DNA of 64,000 bases from Bacillota bacterium (GTDB taxonomy: Bacteria > Bacillota > Limnochordia > Darwinibacteriales > JAAYFS01), in NCBI GenBank assembly GCA_012728115.1, contig JAAYFS010000036.1, forward strand, positions 1,280-65,279. Direction: 5' to 3'. Made by a program: the position numbers and the translations under genes. The notes below the pieces were generated by a model. It ran no database searches, was not told the DNA's origin, and saw nothing but the letters and a program-made list of their open reading frames with translations. Positions 1-8,363 of this stretch are shown here, one piece after another. How positions within the stretch are numbered: position 1 is the stretch's first letter; the number at the start of each line of letters is the position of its first letter.

Positions 1-1
1 G

Positions 2-904
2 ACGGTGTATCCGATCAACGAAGTCGATACCAAGGACGAAATGCCTAGTTTGGTATACGGAAATGTGTCTGAACCACGGATCAATAAGCCTAATCTGGGT
101 AGTGCACAGCCACGGGTACTAATCCCAATTTTCCCAGGAACTAACGGGGAATATGATCTAGTGGATGCCTTTTCCAGAGCTGGTGCAAAGGTAGAGACAC
201 TTGTAATAAAGAATCTTTCTGTTTCCGATCTAAAGGAATCAATTGCCAAATTGGTTGAATTGATTGGCCAAAGTCAAATTCTGGCTTTCCCTGGAGGAAG
301 TAGTATGGGTGGGGAACCAGATGGGGCAGCGAAGTTTATTGGTGCATTATTTAAAGACCCTTCCCTAACTGAAGCCATTACAAAGCATTTAGACGACAGA
401 GACGGTTTGATCCTTGGAATTGGCGAAGGTTTTCATGCGCTCATCAGATTAGGCCTACTTCCTCATGGCAAGATCAGCGAATCTAGTGTGGAAAGCCCAG
501 TTCTAACCTATAACCCAATTGGGCGTCATATTTCTCGTATGGTGCAAACAAAGGTTGTTTCCAAGCTTTCCCCATGGCTAAGTATGAACGAAATAGGAGA
601 GGTCCATACGTTGCCAGTTTCGCATGCACAAGGACGTTTTAGTGGGTCAAGTGAGTTAATCACTAGCTTAGCTTTAAATGGCCAAATAGCGACTCAGTAT
701 GTGGACTTAGAAGGCAATCCTACTATGGATCCAAGATATAACCCATTCAGCTCGTTTGGGGCAATTGAAGGGATTACAAGTCCAGATGGAAGAGTATTTG
801 GAAAACTAGCTCATTCTGAGCGGATCAGCAATAATGTTGCGATAAATATCCCAGGTTCTAAGGAACAAAAGATTTTTGAAGCTGGCGTTAGCTACTTTAA
901 GTAA
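2..904 (+). CDS. purL: Phosphoribosylformylglycinamidine (FGAM) synthase, large single-chain type: C-terminal glutamine-amidotransferase domain. 5'-partial at the window edge.
   Basis: ORF 5..904 translation contains the type-1 GATase core of large PurL (FPGTNGEYDLVDAFSRAGAKVETLV ... GICNGFQ-like GIGEGFHALIRLGLLP ... HSERI). It has no start and continues off the window. Confidence 0.7.
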   Translation, partial: TVYPINEVDTKDEMPSLVYGNVSEPRINKPNLGSAQPRVLIPIFPGTNGEYDLVDAFSRAGAKVETLVIKNLSVSDLKESIAKLVELIGQSQILAFPGGSSMGGEPDGAAKFIGALFKDPSLTEAITKHLDDRDGLILGIGEGFHALIRLGLLPHGKISESSVESPVLTYNPIGRHISRMVQTKVVSKLSPWLSMNEIGEVHTLPVSHAQGRFSGSSELITSLALNGQIATQYVDLEGNPTMDPRYNPFSSFGAIEGITSPDGRVFGKLAHSERISNNVAINIPGSKEQKIFEAGVSYFK

Positions 905-970
905 GGTAAACGAACCTTAAACTTATCAGCTTAAGCTTAAGAATAAATAATAGCCTTAAATAAAAAAAGA

Positions 971-1006
971 AACGGCATAGTCGCAAATTTTTTCGACTAT
1001 GCCGTT
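971..1006. terminator. Bidirectional intrinsic terminator between convergent purL and the EamA gene.
   Basis: 13-bp perfect stem AACGGCATAGTCG / CGACTATGCCGTT with a 10-nt loop, flanked by an A-run upstream and T-rich loop/flank. Confidence 0.6.
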
Positions 1007-1052
1007 GTTATCTATTAAATGAGATTGTTTTAATACGGAAAAACTAAGTGTG

Positions 1053-1982
1053 TTAAATAGTCTTGGAAGCATCCCTAATTACTTTATTTTGATGTTCTTT
1101 TGTCACCAGGTAGATACCAATTATCACAATTAAACCACCAATTAACTGAGCAAAAGCTAATTCTTCACCTAGAACTAAGATTCCTGTCAATACCCCAAAT
1201 ACGGGAATTAAATTCAGATAAGTGGTTGTAACTGTTGGCCCTAATTCACTTTGAGCGAAGAAGTAGAAAAGATAAGCAGCACCAGAACAAAGAAGCGTCA
1301 GAATCGCTAGATGAAGTATTACTTCACCATTAAGATTACTCACATGGAAATTCGCCCATTTACCTTCAATTAACGAGAACAAAGCGAACGACAAGCCGCC
1401 AATCAGGCTTTGCCAATAAATCAGGGTAAGCGAAGCATACTTTTCAGTCAAGGGTTGATTCAACCTAATAAAGGCAACCCAAGACAGGGCGGATCCCAAG
1501 ATTAAAATGTTTCCAAGAATACTGTCCTCGCCAGCAGTTGACGCTTGGGAAAAGATAATTAAAAATACACCGATAATAGAGAGAAAAACACCGAGCAATT
1601 GAAATGCTGGATATCGTTCCTTCCAAATGATTCTTCCAGCTAAAAGGTTTAAACCAGGAATCGTAGCGATGATTAATGAACCGCTGCTAGCGGATGTATA
1701 AGATAAACCGATGTTTTCGAAACAATAATAAAGGGGTATACCGATCATTCCTGCCAAGAATAAACGAGGCCAATCTTTTTTCTCAATCGATTTTCGCTTC
1801 CCAACCAGGAAATGCCATAGGATGGCAACTAAACCAAATCTTACTAGTCCAACTTGAACGGGTGATAAAGCACCTAACGCAATAATTGTGCTGGTGTAAG
1901 AGACTCCCCAAAAAGCAGTAGTAATTATAATTGCGGTAATAGCCAAATATCGTTTCATTTTAAGCACCGTCCTTAAGCTCAT
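1053..1982 (-). CDS. EamA/DMT-superfamily transporter (10 TM, two EamA repeats).
   Basis: 309-aa highly hydrophobic ORF with duplicated EamA-like halves, typical of drug/metabolite transporter family. Confidence 0.65.
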   Translation of the reverse strand: MSLRTVLKMKRYLAITAIIITTAFWGVSYTSTIIALGALSPVQVGLVRFGLVAILWHFLVGKRKSIEKKDWPRLFLAGMIGIPLYYCFENIGLSYTSASSGSLIIATIPGLNLLAGRIIWKERYPAFQLLGVFLSIIGVFLIIFSQASTAGEDSILGNILILGSALSWVAFIRLNQPLTEKYASLTLIYWQSLIGGLSFALFSLIEGKWANFHVSNLNGEVILHLAILTLLCSGAAYLFYFFAQSELGPTVTTTYLNLIPVFGVLTGILVLGEELAFAQLIGGLIVIIGIYLVTKEHQNKVIRDASKTI

Positions 1983-2153
1983 GATTCAATTTTAATGCTT
2001 TGGGGAGCGAAGGTCAATCCAAACACAACATCAATCGTTATTATATTAACAAAATCAAGTCTGCTTACTAAATGTTACTGATTATTCTCGTTCTATATTT
2101 TAGTTTACATAATATCTATTATACGAAGTTCATTCTTTTAAAAAGAGACCATG

Positions 2154-2861
2154 TTAGTTCATGGTTTTTGTACAGACATGTAAAGCCACTATTCCGCCAG
2201 CATAAGTTTTTATTTTGGGATAAGTAAAACCTTGAGCGAAAATTTCATCAGCCAGTTGAAATTTATCAGGAAAGTTTTGCATGGATTCAAACAACCAGGC
2301 GTATTCATTGGGTTTATTTGCCCATAATTTTCCGATAAACGGAACTCCGTATTTTACGAAGCCGTAACAAAGCTTACGATATCCTGGAATCGTTGGATGT
2401 GACATATCCATACATGCGAATTTCCCGTTAGGTTTAAGGAGCCGATTTATTTCAATTAGTGCCTGTCTGTAGTCAACTATATTCCTTAAACCAAAACAAA
2501 TCGTAGCAACATCAAAAGTATTGCTTTCAAATGGCATAGTTAAAACATTACAATGCACGAATTTTATATTCTTAACGTTTTCGCGACTTGCTTTTTCTTT
2601 TGCGATCGTTAACATATTCTCGCTAAAGTCAATGCCTGTTATTAACGAGTTGTTACCAGCTTTCTTTGCTAATGCTATAGTAAAATCGCCAGTTCCGCAA
2701 CAAAGATCTACGATTGAGCAATTCGAAATGTCGCCTAAACGATTGATTGCATCTCTTCGCCATTTTTTGTGCAATCCTAGGCTGATCAGATTGTTGATAA
2801 AATCGTACTTATCATAAATAGACTCAAAGATATGGTGCACAAACTTTCGTTTTGATTCCAT
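2154..2861 (-). CDS. ubiE: Demethylmenaquinone / ubiquinone-menaquinone C-methyltransferase (UbiE/MenG family, class I SAM MTase).
   Basis: 235 aa. SAM-binding motif DLCCGTGDFTIALAKK. N-terminal HHIFESIYDKYDFINNLISLGLHKKWRR is the characteristic UbiE/MenG signature. Confidence 0.8.
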   Translation of the reverse strand: MESKRKFVHHIFESIYDKYDFINNLISLGLHKKWRRDAINRLGDISNCSIVDLCCGTGDFTIALAKKAGNNSLITGIDFSENMLTIAKEKASRENVKNIKFVHCNVLTMPFESNTFDVATICFGLRNIVDYRQALIEINRLLKPNGKFACMDMSHPTIPGYRKLCYGFVKYGVPFIGKLWANKPNEYAWLFESMQNFPDKFQLADEIFAQGFTYPKIKTYAGGIVALHVCTKTMN

Positions 2862-2939
2862 TGAGAATCTCCTTAAAAAACTGGTTCGGAGATATTATTT
2901 GTCGTTGATAGATTTGATTATTCAAGGCCATAATCGGAA

Positions 2940-3773
2940 TCAATAATTTCTAACGAGCACTTCTTTTACTGATCCGCGTTTGTTAAAATCGCAATTCAGC
3001 ACTCTGTTGGCCTTTACAAAGGATATCTTGTAGTCTTTGTAAAGTTCTAAAATAAAGTCAGTTGCAGAATTTGAGAGCAAAAACCTTACTTCTTTTTGGG
3101 TTAATCGATCACAGAGCTTTTTTAGGCGAATTTGTTCATCTCTATTAAACCCGCCGCTTACATACCCTGTGAAATTTGCACTACAAGTAAGCGGATCATA
3201 CGGTGGGTCAAAATACACAAAAGTCCCCTTTTCTATGCTTTGAAAAATGTCTTCAAAGTCTCCGCATTTAAACTGAACATTTGCTTTATTTAAATAATCG
3301 CTAACAGCTAGTAATCTTTTTTCGTTAACTATATTAGGGTTTTTGTACTTTCCAAAAGGAGCATTAAACTCTCCTCTTTGATTTACTCTAAACAAGCCGT
3401 TATAGCAGGTCTTATTAAGATATATCACTCTGGAAGCTCTTTCTACATCGCTTAATTTTCTATACTCAATCTTGTTGCGATCCAACTCTCGCAGTTTGTA
3501 AAAATAACTAGCCTCATTACGGTGTTTCTTTAAATCTTCAATCAGTTTATGTACATCATTCTTGATAACTAGGTACATATTGATTAGTTCTTCGTTAATA
3601 TCATTAACTATTGCATAGGTTGGTTGCAAATTGAATAAAATAGCCCCGCCGCCGAGAAAAGGTTCATAATAGGTGGAAAACTCATGCGGTATAAGCTTCA
3701 TAATATCTGACAATAATTGTCGTTTTCCGCCTACCCATTTGACGACTGGGGCAACCAATGGATTTTTTTTCAT
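2940..3773 (-). CDS. dam: DNA adenine (N6) methyltransferase, Dam family (D12 class); orphan, with no adjacent restriction gene.
   Basis: 277 aa, same length as E. coli Dam. N-terminal VKWVGGKRQLL... SAM-binding motif I and catalytic DPPY motif (FVYFDPPYDP). Confidence 0.8.
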   Translation of the reverse strand: MKKNPLVAPVVKWVGGKRQLLSDIMKLIPHEFSTYYEPFLGGGAILFNLQPTYAIVNDINEELINMYLVIKNDVHKLIEDLKKHRNEASYFYKLRELDRNKIEYRKLSDVERASRVIYLNKTCYNGLFRVNQRGEFNAPFGKYKNPNIVNEKRLLAVSDYLNKANVQFKCGDFEDIFQSIEKGTFVYFDPPYDPLTCSANFTGYVSGGFNRDEQIRLKKLCDRLTQKEVRFLLSNSATDFILELYKDYKISFVKANRVLNCDFNKRGSVKEVLVRNY

Positions 3774-3867
3774 AACCTCACCCTTGACTTTTAGTCATCG
3801 AGGTGCCATTGTTAAGAAACCGCCCGTGCACCAACATTATTATAACATATTTTACAAAAAAATCACA

Positions 3868-4188
3868 TTATTGGTAGACAGGCACGCGCAATACTTGACC
3901 AGGATACACCGTAGCGCTTTCCAATTGATTCTCTTCTCTGATAGTCCATACTACCAGACGGGTATCAACACCTGGCGCTAAAGTTTTAGCTATCTTCCAC
4001 AAGGTATCGCCAGGTTTTACAACAACTTCGTTAAAAGCTATATGTTCGTTCGAATTAGCACCAAAGATATTCTTGGTAAGCATAAATCCAATCGTTACCG
4101 TAAGCACTACTATTACGACCATAATGATAATCTTCTTCAGAGATTCTAAATTTATGGTAGACTCATAAGTTGAATTCCGTACAGCCAT
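3868..4188 (-). CDS. yneA: LysM-domain SOS cell-division inhibitor (YneA-like), divergent from lexA.
   Basis: Small protein with an N-terminal TM helix and a C-terminal LysM motif ([15 protein letters not shown]...[10 protein letters not shown]). ATG at ~4188 is preceded by GAGGTG. A Cheo box sits immediately upstream. Position divergent to lexA matches B. subtilis yneA. Confidence 0.7.
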   Translation of the reverse strand: MAVRNSTYESTINLESLKKIIIMVVIVVLTVTIGFMLTKNIFGANSNEHIAFNEVVVKPGDTLWKIAKTLAPGVDTRLVVWTIREENQLESATVYPGQVLRVPVYQ

Positions 4189-4200
4189 GTGATCACCTCG

Positions 4201-4214
4201 CAAACGTATGTTCG
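4201..4214. promoter_or_regulatory. LexA operator (Cheo box) 1.
   Basis: CAAACGTATGTTCG matches Firmicutes LexA consensus CGAAC-N4-GTTCG (AAAC-GTAT-GTTC). Lies between yneA RBS and lexA. Confidence 0.65.
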
Positions 4215-4236
4215 ATCCTTGTGTTAATTATAAAAC

Positions 4237-4250
4237 AGAACATATGTTTT
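4237..4250. promoter_or_regulatory. LexA operator (Cheo box) 2.
   Basis: AGAACATATGTTTT (GAAC-ATAT-GTTT), near-consensus Cheo box. Confidence 0.7.
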
Positions 4251-4272
4251 GTCAAGCGCGAAAACAAAAAAT

Positions 4273-4286
4273 CGAACGCAAGTTTG
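4273..4286. promoter_or_regulatory. LexA operator (Cheo box) 3, overlapping the lexA -35.
   Basis: CGAACGCAAGTTTG (GAAC-GCAA-GTTT). It overlaps the TTGATA -35 at ~4284 of the lexA promoter (TTGATA-N17-TATAAT, -10 at ~4307). Confidence 0.6.
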
Positions 4287-4349
4287 ATATCGACGATTTC
4301 TTATGGTATAATTTACATGATATACTTAGGAACTCAGGGGGCATTTGTG

Positions 4350-4967
4350 ATGAACGAATTGAGTGCTAGGCAGAAGCAAATATTGAATTATATCAAACAA
4401 GAAGTTGAATTGCGGGGGTATCCCCCATCAGTTCGGGAAATTGGAAAGGCTGTAGGGCTGCAATCTAGTTCAACGGTGCATGCGCATCTTAGGAAGCTTG
4501 AATCACTTGGATATATTAGGCGCGATCCGACTAAGCCCAGAGCGATTGAAATATTAGAAACTCATAATTATGGCCTTATTCTGCGACCATCGGTTTTAAA
4601 TGTGCCGATTGTTGGTAAAGTAACTGCTGGCAGTCCCATCCTCGCCCAAGAAAATATCGAAGACTACTTCCCTATCCCTAAGGATTTTATTAATCATGAC
4701 GATGTTTTTATGCTTCGGATTCAAGGTGATAGTATGATCGACGCAGGGATTTTTGATAAGGACTATGTCCTTGTAGAACGAAGAAGTACTGCTAATAATG
4801 GCGATATAGTTGTAGCATTATTGGGCGATGAGGCGACGGTAAAAAGGTTTTTCTTAGAGAAATCTGCTGTTAGATTACAACCTGAGAATCCTTCAATGTC
4901 CCCTATTATTACAAATGATGTTCAAATTTTAGGAAAAGTAATTGGTGTGTTTCGCAGAGTTCACTAA
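4350..4967 (+). CDS. lexA: LexA SOS repressor (S24 peptidase).
   Basis: The six-frame ORF begins at a TTG at 4170. The conserved protein starts [17 protein letters not shown] (~4350) and is 205 aa. N-terminal winged HTH, cleavage region and C-terminal S24 serine-lysine dyad (GDSMIDAGI ... VKRF). Confidence 0.9.
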   Translation: MNELSARQKQILNYIKQEVELRGYPPSVREIGKAVGLQSSSTVHAHLRKLESLGYIRRDPTKPRAIEILETHNYGLILRPSVLNVPIVGKVTAGSPILAQENIEDYFPIPKDFINHDDVFMLRIQGDSMIDAGIFDKDYVLVERRSTANNGDIVVALLGDEATVKRFFLEKSAVRLQPENPSMSPIITNDVQILGKVIGVFRRVH

Positions 4968-4992
4968 ATGTTTCTTCGGAAGGTTAAAAAAT

Positions 4993-5026
4993 GAAGGAAC
5001 GGATTTTTATGTTAATCCGTTCCTTC
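4993..5026. terminator. Bidirectional terminator between convergent lexA and the 5012..5374 gene.
   Basis: Perfect 13-bp stem GAAGGAACGGATT / AATCCGTTCCTTC with an 8-nt loop, followed by AATAAATTCTTTTT. Confidence 0.6.
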
Positions 5027-5374
5027 AATAAATTCTTTTTCAGTTATCAACTCACCATTGTATAAATCTGAATTTATTAGCCTGTATTTTGCATCGAAGA
5101 AGAACGATGCCTCTATGCGATTAAAACACTTATTTCCAACGATAGTTTTGTTAACATAGTATTCAAATCCATCTTCTGGTTCTGCCTCTTGGACTTCATC
5201 TGTTGTACGAATTCTTAGCTTGATTTTCTCACCACATTTTTTACACCTAACAAATACCCAGAGTGCTTTGTCGTCGGGAACTGTATAACGATCAGAAGGT
5301 TCACTAGGCATTTCTTCCCCGTTTGATTTCCCTTTACCACTTATTGCACTCCAAAGTTTGCTAAAAATACTCAC
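5012..5374 (-). CDS. Hypothetical protein with putative zinc-ribbon (CKKCGEKI ... GNKCF).
   Basis: 120-aa ORF, no recognisable family. Two Cys pairs ~35 aa apart suggest a Zn-ribbon. Confidence 0.4.
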   Translation of the reverse strand: MSIFSKLWSAISGKGKSNGEEMPSEPSDRYTVPDDKALWVFVRCKKCGEKIKLRIRTTDEVQEAEPEDGFEYYVNKTIVGNKCFNRIEASFFFDAKYRLINSDLYNGELITEKEFIEGTD

Positions 5375-5403
5375 AAAACTCTACCTCCGTGTTAGATTAA
5401 GGA

Positions 5404-5769
5404 CTATACAGTTTGCGCTCCCATCGCTTTATCTTCATTATCATCCATTTCTGAATCTGGACCAACTCCAAGAATGCCAAATAGCATTTCTAACGCTTGC
5501 TTTGTACCTATGATATCTGGATCGTCTTTGTTTTCAGGAACCAAAAAAGGCAGATCAGCGTATTTTTCTTTAGCAGCTTGATACGCATAATCCACCCCAT
5601 GTTCTTCAACCAATTCCATTAACCAAGTATAGGTATTTCTTCGTCCCTCGGCTTGTGCGCTCCAAAATTCGGGCTCGTTGGTTAATGAACTAGCCAATAG
5701 ATCTTGTTTTGCAAGACGCTTAAACTTCTTTAAAGCATTTAAGACATCTTCTTTGGCTAACACAATCAT
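5404..5769 (-). CDS. Hypothetical protein (acidic C-terminus).
   Basis: 121-aa ORF on the same strand and 29 nt upstream of the previous ORF. No recognised family. Confidence 0.4.
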   Translation of the reverse strand: MIVLAKEDVLNALKKFKRLAKQDLLASSLTNEPEFWSAQAEGRRNTYTWLMELVEEHGVDYAYQAAKEKYADLPFLVPENKDDPDIIGTKQALEMLFGILGVGPDSEMDDNEDKAMGAQTV

Positions 5770-5872
5770 GGCGAATTCCCCCTTTTGTTTTTAAAGGAAT
5801 TTCCTTTCACCTATTTGATTCAACAAAATCCGTTGCTATCCTCCTTATTCCTAAATTATTTTAGATGGTTTT

Positions 5873-6088
5873 TTACTCCTCTCGTTCAATTTTGCGAGGA
5901 AAACTTACGATCGAAATCGTTCCATTGTGTACCAGTTTATAATAATCTGACAATTTTCCGTTATAGGTAAATGAACCCAAGTATTCGGTCAAATTTTCAA
6001 AACCATGGTCCTCATACTTCGCCAAGAATTCCTGATGTTGATGGATCTTTTGGTCGGGTTCTTGAAAATTAACAACATTTCCTTTCAT
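5873..6088 (-). CDS. Hypothetical small protein.
   Basis: 71-aa ORF, no recognised motif. Coding status uncertain. Confidence 0.3.
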   Translation of the reverse strand: MKGNVVNFQEPDQKIHQHQEFLAKYEDHGFENLTEYLGSFTYNGKLSDYYKLVHNGTISIVSFPRKIEREE

Positions 6089-6160
6089 TCTCCCTTCCCC
6101 CCCTTAGACATTCCTCGCCGATTATTTATAGTATACCCATTGTTGGTCGCTATAAACAAA

Positions 6161-6952
6161 TTATTCAGGGGTAGTCTCGGTTTCGATTATTCCTTTGAGC
6201 TCATTCAATAAAGAATAATCTGTTAGGTCAAAATTTATAGGAGTAACAGAAACATAACCATTTTCAACTGCTAGTTGATCATGATCATCATCAAATTCCT
6301 TCAAAGGCAATGATTTCGGGGTGCCACCGAGCCAATAATATGGTCTTCCTCGTGGGTCGAGTCGTTTTTCAATTGCATCCTCAAAGATTCTTATGCCTAG
6401 TTTAGTAACCTTTATTCCTTTTACTTGATTTATTGGAAGTCCAGGTACATTAATATTTAAAAGACTGTTTTTAGGCAAAGGATTAGTCAAACGTTTTATG
6501 ATAATCTGGAGGAAATAAGCCGCGGTATCTAAGTGATCAAAGTTATCACACTGGGAAATTGCAATGGAAGGATAACCGAGGATTACCCCTTCAATAGCGG
6601 CAGAAACAGTACCTGAATAAAGCACATCGGTACTAAGATTTGCTCCTAGATTGATCCCCGAAACAACTAGATCTGGAATGAAGTTTAATCCCTGAATTGC
6701 CATTTTTACGCAGTCAGCTGGAGTTCCATCCAACATGTAGACATGGTCGATATTTGGAATGGCATTTGACTTATTGAGTCTCAATGGGTGATGTACAGTA
6801 ATTGAGTGACCAGAGCCGCTTTTCTCGGTATGGGGTGCAATAACCATCACTTCACCGATTTTGGCTAATGATTGAGCCAACACTCGAATTCCAGATGCAT
6901 TAATACCGTCGTCATTCGTAACTAGAAATTTCAAGACCTCTACCTCCACCAA
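6161..6952 (-). CDS. surE: 5'/3'-nucleotidase SurE.
   Basis: 263 aa. N-terminal VTNDDGINASGIRVLAQSL, the SurE DDG metal-binding motif. Confidence 0.85.
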   Translation of the reverse strand: MVEVEVLKFLVTNDDGINASGIRVLAQSLAKIGEVMVIAPHTEKSGSGHSITVHHPLRLNKSNAIPNIDHVYMLDGTPADCVKMAIQGLNFIPDLVVSGINLGANLSTDVLYSGTVSAAIEGVILGYPSIAISQCDNFDHLDTAAYFLQIIIKRLTNPLPKNSLLNINVPGLPINQVKGIKVTKLGIRIFEDAIEKRLDPRGRPYYWLGGTPKSLPLKEFDDDHDQLAVENGYVSVTPINFDLTDYSLLNELKGIIETETTPE

Positions 6953-6954
6953 AT

Positions 6955-7620
6955 CTACTTATAGCCTACATGTGTAACTCCTTCAATAACAAACAATTCT
7001 TCTAGGAGCATCTCTTGGCATTCTTTTGATGGCAAAACTACCTCAAGCATTATAGTAGTTTCTCCATTCTTTGAAGAATCGAGTTGAATGTTAAAAACAT
7101 TAACGTTAAGCTTTTCCAAAACCTCTAAGGCTTGGCTTAAACGACAATTGTCCTTCTCTATCCTTATTTCAAGGATTTCATTACGATAGCTAAAGTACTT
7201 CCATTCTAACCTATTCAACAAAATTAGTGCTCCAACTACAATCAAAGAGGCCATAATTGCGGGAAAATAAAAGCCAGCACCAACAGCCAAGCCAATTCCA
7301 GCAACACTCCAAAGACTAGCGGCTGTAGTCAGGCCTCGAATATTTGCCCCTTCGCGCAATATTGTGCCAGCTCCAAGAAAACCGATTCCACTAATAACTT
7401 GAGCTGCAATTCTTCCTGGATCATATCCGCGTGCAAGCACTAATTCAAAATCGTAGAAAGCATAAGCTGAAACTAGCATTACGAGTGTAGAGCCGACGCT
7501 TACGAGAATGTGAGTGCGAAAACCTGCAGGTCTACCATGAGTCTCTCGTTCAAGTCCGATTAATCCACCGAGAATTAAGGATAGAAACAAGCGAATGGCA
7601 ATTTCTAGATTACTTATCAC
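6955..7620 (-). CDS. MgtC/SapB-family membrane protein with C-terminal ACT-like domain.
   Basis: 221 aa, with 4-5 N-terminal TM helices (MgtC domain) and a soluble C-terminal tail. Separated from surE by a 2-nt gap (operonic). Confidence 0.65.
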   Translation of the reverse strand: MISNLEIAIRLFLSLILGGLIGLERETHGRPAGFRTHILVSVGSTLVMLVSAYAFYDFELVLARGYDPGRIAAQVISGIGFLGAGTILREGANIRGLTTAASLWSVAGIGLAVGAGFYFPAIMASLIVVGALILLNRLEWKYFSYRNEILEIRIEKDNCRLSQALEVLEKLNVNVFNIQLDSSKNGETTIMLEVVLPSKECQEMLLEELFVIEGVTHVGYK

Positions 7621-7658
7621 AACCGGGATCTCTCCTTAGTGGAAATCGCAACATATAC

Positions 7659-8363
7659 TCACCCTAAGCGTTTTTCCACTTTACTTATAATACGACACAA
7701 AGCGTTATCGATCGATTTTGTATGAGTATTGAGCTGTGCTGCAATCTCTTTATAAGAATAACCATTAATGTACAATCTAAATACATTATATTCAAACTCA
7801 GAGAGAATGTTCTTGATCTTTCCCTGCGTGTTCTGGAGATGTTCCCTATTAATCGTGATCGATTCTGGATCTTCTACCTTGTTATCCGTAAGCATTTCCA
7901 TCAGAGTACGGTCGCCCTCATTTTCATAAACAGGCTTGTACAATGAAGTGTAAGAGTTTAGGGGAATATGCTTCTGGCGGGTGGTTCCTTTGATCGCACT
8001 GATCACATTTCGGGTAATACAAAGTTTGGCAAATGACCAGAATGAAGAAGAGCCGCCAGTATAATCCCTGATGGCTTTGAATAATCCGATCATTCCTTCC
8101 TGTAGTAAATCGTCTATTTCTCCACCCTGAAGGAAATAAGAACGCGTCCAAAGGTAGACCATCTTTTGGTACTTGTTTATCAGATATTCTTCAGCAGCAG
8201 TATCACCAGCTTGCGCCAAACTAACAAGTTCCTCGTCCGTGGCATCCTGAAAATTCAAATTCACAACAGGCAATTCCATTGCTGCCCTCCCGCTGACTAA
8301 ATTTTGCGTTCCCCTCTCGAATTCGACATTTTCATTAAATTTTCCTGCTATTTCCACTTTCAA
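7659..8363 (-). CDS. sigH: Sporulation/stationary-phase sigma factor sigma-H (Spo0H)-like.
   Basis: Strong similarity to B. subtilis SigH through regions 2-4: RSYFLQGGEIDDLLQEGMIGLFKAIRDY, CITRNVISAIKGTTRQKHIPLNSYTSLYKP (Bsu: CITRQIITAIKTATRQKHIPLNSYASLDKP), C-terminal SYKEIAAQLNTHTKSIDNAL. Confidence 0.8.
   Translation of the reverse strand: MKVEIAGKFNENVEFERGTQNLVSGRAAMELPVVNLNFQDATDEELVSLAQAGDTAAEEYLINKYQKMVYLWTRSYFLQGGEIDDLLQEGMIGLFKAIRDYTGGSSSFWSFAKLCITRNVISAIKGTTRQKHIPLNSYTSLYKPVYENEGDRTLMEMLTDNKVEDPESITINREHLQNTQGKIKNILSEFEYNVFRLYINGYSYKEIAAQLNTHTKSIDNALCRIISKVEKRLG

Noticed and set aside
1694-1885. Many short tool-reported ORFs fall inside longer genes on the opposite strand or in another frame. 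They include 1694..1885, 2521..2817, 3673..3981, 5785..5970, 6005..6211, 7722..7946, 7924..8151, 8428..8712, 9446..9679, 10033..10257, 10931..11140, 11062..11274, 11701..11997, 12271..12720, 13033..13362, 13278..13580, 15329..15601, 15510..15704, 15598..15792, 17084..17275, 17327..17599, 19689..20054, 20572..20763, 21105..21557, 22293..22550, 25642..25878, 25983..26207, 26991..27185, 29478..29660, 30732..30917, 31830..32027, 32516..32758, 33634..33828, 34442..34711, 36455..37816 (four ORFs), 39412..39597, 40742..40984, 42106..42621 (two), 44190..44372, 45048..45251, 46540..46842, 47186..47386, 47594..47779, 48068..48709 (two), 49444..49899, 53336..53521, 54066..54338, 54499..54756, 54829..55032, 55439..55787 (two), 56639..56842, 58336..58563, 59436..60339 (four), 60432..60728, 62525..63056 (three).
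   Set aside because: Each is fully or largely embedded in a longer ORF that has clear protein-family signatures. They show low-complexity or atypical composition and no RBS, so they were judged non-coding shadow ORFs.
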